Source: an uncultured Staphylococcaceae bacterium (GTDB lineage Bacteria; Bacillota_I; Bacilli_A; RFN20; CAG-826). From it: a stretch of DNA of 63,549 nucleotides. The notes below the pieces were generated by a model. It did no database searches, was not told the DNA's origin, and worked only from the letters and a program-made list of their open reading frames with translations. Below, one piece after another: positions 61,393 through 63,549 of this stretch (the first letter of the stretch is position 1; each line of letters opens with the position of its first letter). Location of the stretch: positions 1 through 63,549 of the forward strand of contig CAZJKC010000002.1 of NCBI GenBank assembly GCA_964546565.1, written 5' to 3'. A program made the position numbers and the translations under genes.

Positions 61393-61878
61393 TTAATTTC
61401 GATTAATAATTTTCCATGCTTCAATTAATTTTTCTAATGACCAAGCAGCATTCGCCGCACTAGTGGAAGGTACCAAAACGGCCATATGTAATAAATGCGG
61501 AAAATGCTTAACAAATAATGAATAAGCCTTTTTCCCATTTAATATTATCTTTTTTATTGGATAACATCTAACAAGATGATCAATATCAAGCAGAGAAGTA
61601 TTCTTGATTGTGGCATCAGAAGACCCTTTAATTTCACATGATTCTATAACATCATAAAGACCTATATGATGCTTTACTAATATTCTTTTCTTATCATCAA
61701 GGCTCATCCGATATAAATCCGGCTCATTTAAAAGTACTTCTAACACTCGATAAAATCTATTTTGAGGATGCATATAATAAAATCCTTGTTTGCGTGATTC
61801 AACTGAAGGAAAACTACCGAGTATCAAATAATAAGTATCATCATTAATAAAGGCTCCAAACTCATGATTAACTATCAT
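61393..61878 (-). CDS. UDG-superfamily glycosylase, family 6-like (DNA-deoxyinosine/hypoxanthine glycosylase type)
   Basis: 161 aa. LILGSFPSVESRKQGFYYMHPQNRFYRVL and VPSTSAANAAW match the motif pattern of the deoxyinosine glycosylase family as I recall it. The ATG overlaps the upstream stop (ATGA). Confidence 0.7.
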   Translation of the reverse strand: MIVNHEFGAFINDDTYYLILGSFPSVESRKQGFYYMHPQNRFYRVLEVLLNEPDLYRMSLDDKKRILVKHHIGLYDVIESCEIKGSSDATIKNTSLLDIDHLVRCYPIKKIILNGKKAYSLFVKHFPHLLHMAVLVPSTSAANAAWSLEKLIEAWKIINRN

Positions 61879-63293
61879 ATAATACCTAATTCTTCAAATA
61901 ACAATCGAAAGTTAGCAATCGTTGTTTTTGTAAAGACCCTCCCTTTTAAGACTTTTTCACTTGATACTTTTTCGCCTTTAAAATAGCGGTAGCGGTCACT
62001 TTTTGAAAATAAGCCTTCTAATCTTTTTTCTTGGCAATTTTTACCAACAAAAACGATATCTGTATCGTTTTGATAATATTGCATTTGGTCCGCGTCGAGA
62101 ACACGAATAAACGCAATATCATTTTTTAATAAAAAGTGCGTTATCATTTTCATATTACCGGCTCCATCAATTTGAAGAACAAGATATTTTGTTTGATCGA
62201 CTTTAAAATAATTCATAAATTTCTTTAAACAAGCTACGTCACTTTGCCCTTCCACCAATATGAATATTTGATTAAAATTAAACAGAATAGCATTAAAATC
62301 TAAAAAATGCATTTGATCGCGCACTACTGGTAAATCCTTTATTCTTCGATAAGCAATATTCGTTCCCTTTTTTGTCATCTCCACATAATAAAATGAGGGA
62401 TAAAGAGAAGATACCATATATGGACTATGGGTCGAATAAATAACATATAGTTTTCTTTCGTTGGCTAATTTTTCCATGTCATTTAATACTTTTAATTGTG
62501 CTTCAGGATGTAAAAAGGCCGCCGGCTCATCAATCAAAAATATATCGTCAGCATTTAATCTTTGATTCATAACATAATAAAATAAAAGCCATCTTCGCCC
62601 CGTATTGGTCTCAACAAGTCTTCTTTTTTCACCATTGAAATCATGAATATAACATTGAATGATATTGTTCTCTTTTTCAAATTCAAGATGTTCCAACAAA
62701 TCATCATAAAAAACATCTTGTTTCTTTAAAAAATCCTTAAACTTATTAATGATAACCGTTATTTCATGTTCAGAATATGTGTTTAAATCAACATTATCTT
62801 GTAACCAATCGTTTTTGATACAAATATCTTTAAAAAGTTCATGAAATAATGTTAGAGAATGGTCCTTATCAAATACGCAACTATCATAATCTAAAAGACA
62901 GTATCCCTTTTTAATCAAATGTAATAAATCAGTGCCAAATTTACTAGAAATATCTAGTTTCTGCTTAGGTAATACTTCAGATTCTATATATATTTCATTA
63001 GCATTTCCACTTGGAAAAGTAATATCTAAAAGAAGGGTTTTCTTATGAAGAGGATTATTCACAAAATAACTATTCCATTCTTCTTTTTTTATTTCAACTC
63101 GCAAAGCATAAAAGGTACCATCAATTCTTTTTTCCCTATTAAAAAAAGCAAAGAAATCCGCGATAGCGTGAATAACATTACTTTTCCCGCTACCATTACT
63201 GCCAATTAACATGATAAAACGATTGCGAAAATCAAATCTTTGTGGTGTATATAGGGATTTATAATTTTGAATAGTTAAATCATATAATTTCAC
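61875..63293 (-). CDS. OLD-family nuclease-like protein (ABC-type ATPase + Toprim)
   Basis: 472 aa with a GTG start (MKLYDLTIQNYKSL). Walker A GSNGSGKSN, Walker B IFLIDEPAAFLHPE, YSTHSP, then Toprim ILVEGQSD and VLDAD. Confidence 0.75.
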   Translation of the reverse strand: MKLYDLTIQNYKSLYTPQRFDFRNRFIMLIGSNGSGKSNVIHAIADFFAFFNREKRIDGTFYALRVEIKKEEWNSYFVNNPLHKKTLLLDITFPSGNANEIYIESEVLPKQKLDISSKFGTDLLHLIKKGYCLLDYDSCVFDKDHSLTLFHELFKDICIKNDWLQDNVDLNTYSEHEITVIINKFKDFLKKQDVFYDDLLEHLEFEKENNIIQCYIHDFNGEKRRLVETNTGRRWLLFYYVMNQRLNADDIFLIDEPAAFLHPEAQLKVLNDMEKLANERKLYVIYSTHSPYMVSSLYPSFYYVEMTKKGTNIAYRRIKDLPVVRDQMHFLDFNAILFNFNQIFILVEGQSDVACLKKFMNYFKVDQTKYLVLQIDGAGNMKMITHFLLKNDIAFIRVLDADQMQYYQNDTDIVFVGKNCQEKRLEGLFSKSDRYRYFKGEKVSSEKVLKGRVFTKTTIANFRLLFEELGII

Positions 63294-63510
63294 GCTCTTA
63301 TCATCCTTTCGAAGACTTTAGATAATATTAGTATCTAGTACCCACCTTTATTCTAAACAATAACGTTTTCTTTTATCAATCAATAATAAAAAAATCCTTC
63401 TATTATGTTTAACTTTTTTATCATTTCATTCCATTGCGGCATCTTTTACTAATAGAAAAAATATAGTATACTATTTATTAGTTTTAACTAATAAAAAGCA
63501 GGTGAAAGAT

Positions 63511-63549
63511 ATGAATAATCACGATAACTCTATTGATTATATGAAAATA
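63511..63549 (+). CDS. 5' end of an unidentified gene (partial, runs off the window)
   Basis: ATG preceded by AGCAGGTGAAAG. Only MNNHDNSIDYMKI is visible. Confidence 0.3.
   Translation, partial: MNNHDNSIDYMKI

Overview
Low-GC Bacillota-type chromosomal segment. It uses the standard genetic code, since conserved proteins read through without in-frame TGA, and it is almost entirely coding. I recognised no rRNA, tRNA, CRISPR array, transposase or phage structural gene. Core blocks: (1) a trimeric bifurcating-type [FeFe] hydrogenase, hydC-hydB-hydA (0.8-5.0 kb, minus strand); (2) htpG behind a CIRCE operator; (3) thiT behind a TPP riboswitch; (4) ung; (5) preT-preA dihydropyrimidine dehydrogenase plus an extra GltD-like gene; (6) the full S10-spc-alpha ribosomal cluster rpsJ to rplQ (34.4-48.9 kb, minus strand, no rpmD); (7) queH, queA-tgt and pepT. 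Accessory content: two polysaccharide gene sets (13.7-18.7 kb and 53.9-56.1 kb); a six-gene lipoprotein island (22.8-32.8 kb) containing three tandem paralogs and an M6-like protein that has lost HExxH; four copies (one decayed) of a COG1373-type AAA ATPase (AAA_14 + DUF4143) sitting at junctions between core blocks, each with its own upstream repeat architecture; a dinJ-yafQ toxin-antitoxin pair inside a 1.19-kb cassette bounded by 124-bp inverted repeats; and a DUF4160/DUF2442-HTH pair whose first gene carries an in-frame TAA. At the right end there is a degenerate ABC-like ATPase, and an OLD-family (ABC ATPase + Toprim) gene whose stop overlaps (ATGA) the start of a family-6 UDG-like glycosylase. 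I rank that OLD-glycosylase pair as the best candidate for an undescribed (defence-type) system. The IR-bounded TA cassette, the ATPase paralog family and the lipoprotein island come next. All family assignments come from reading motifs by eye. No database search was run.
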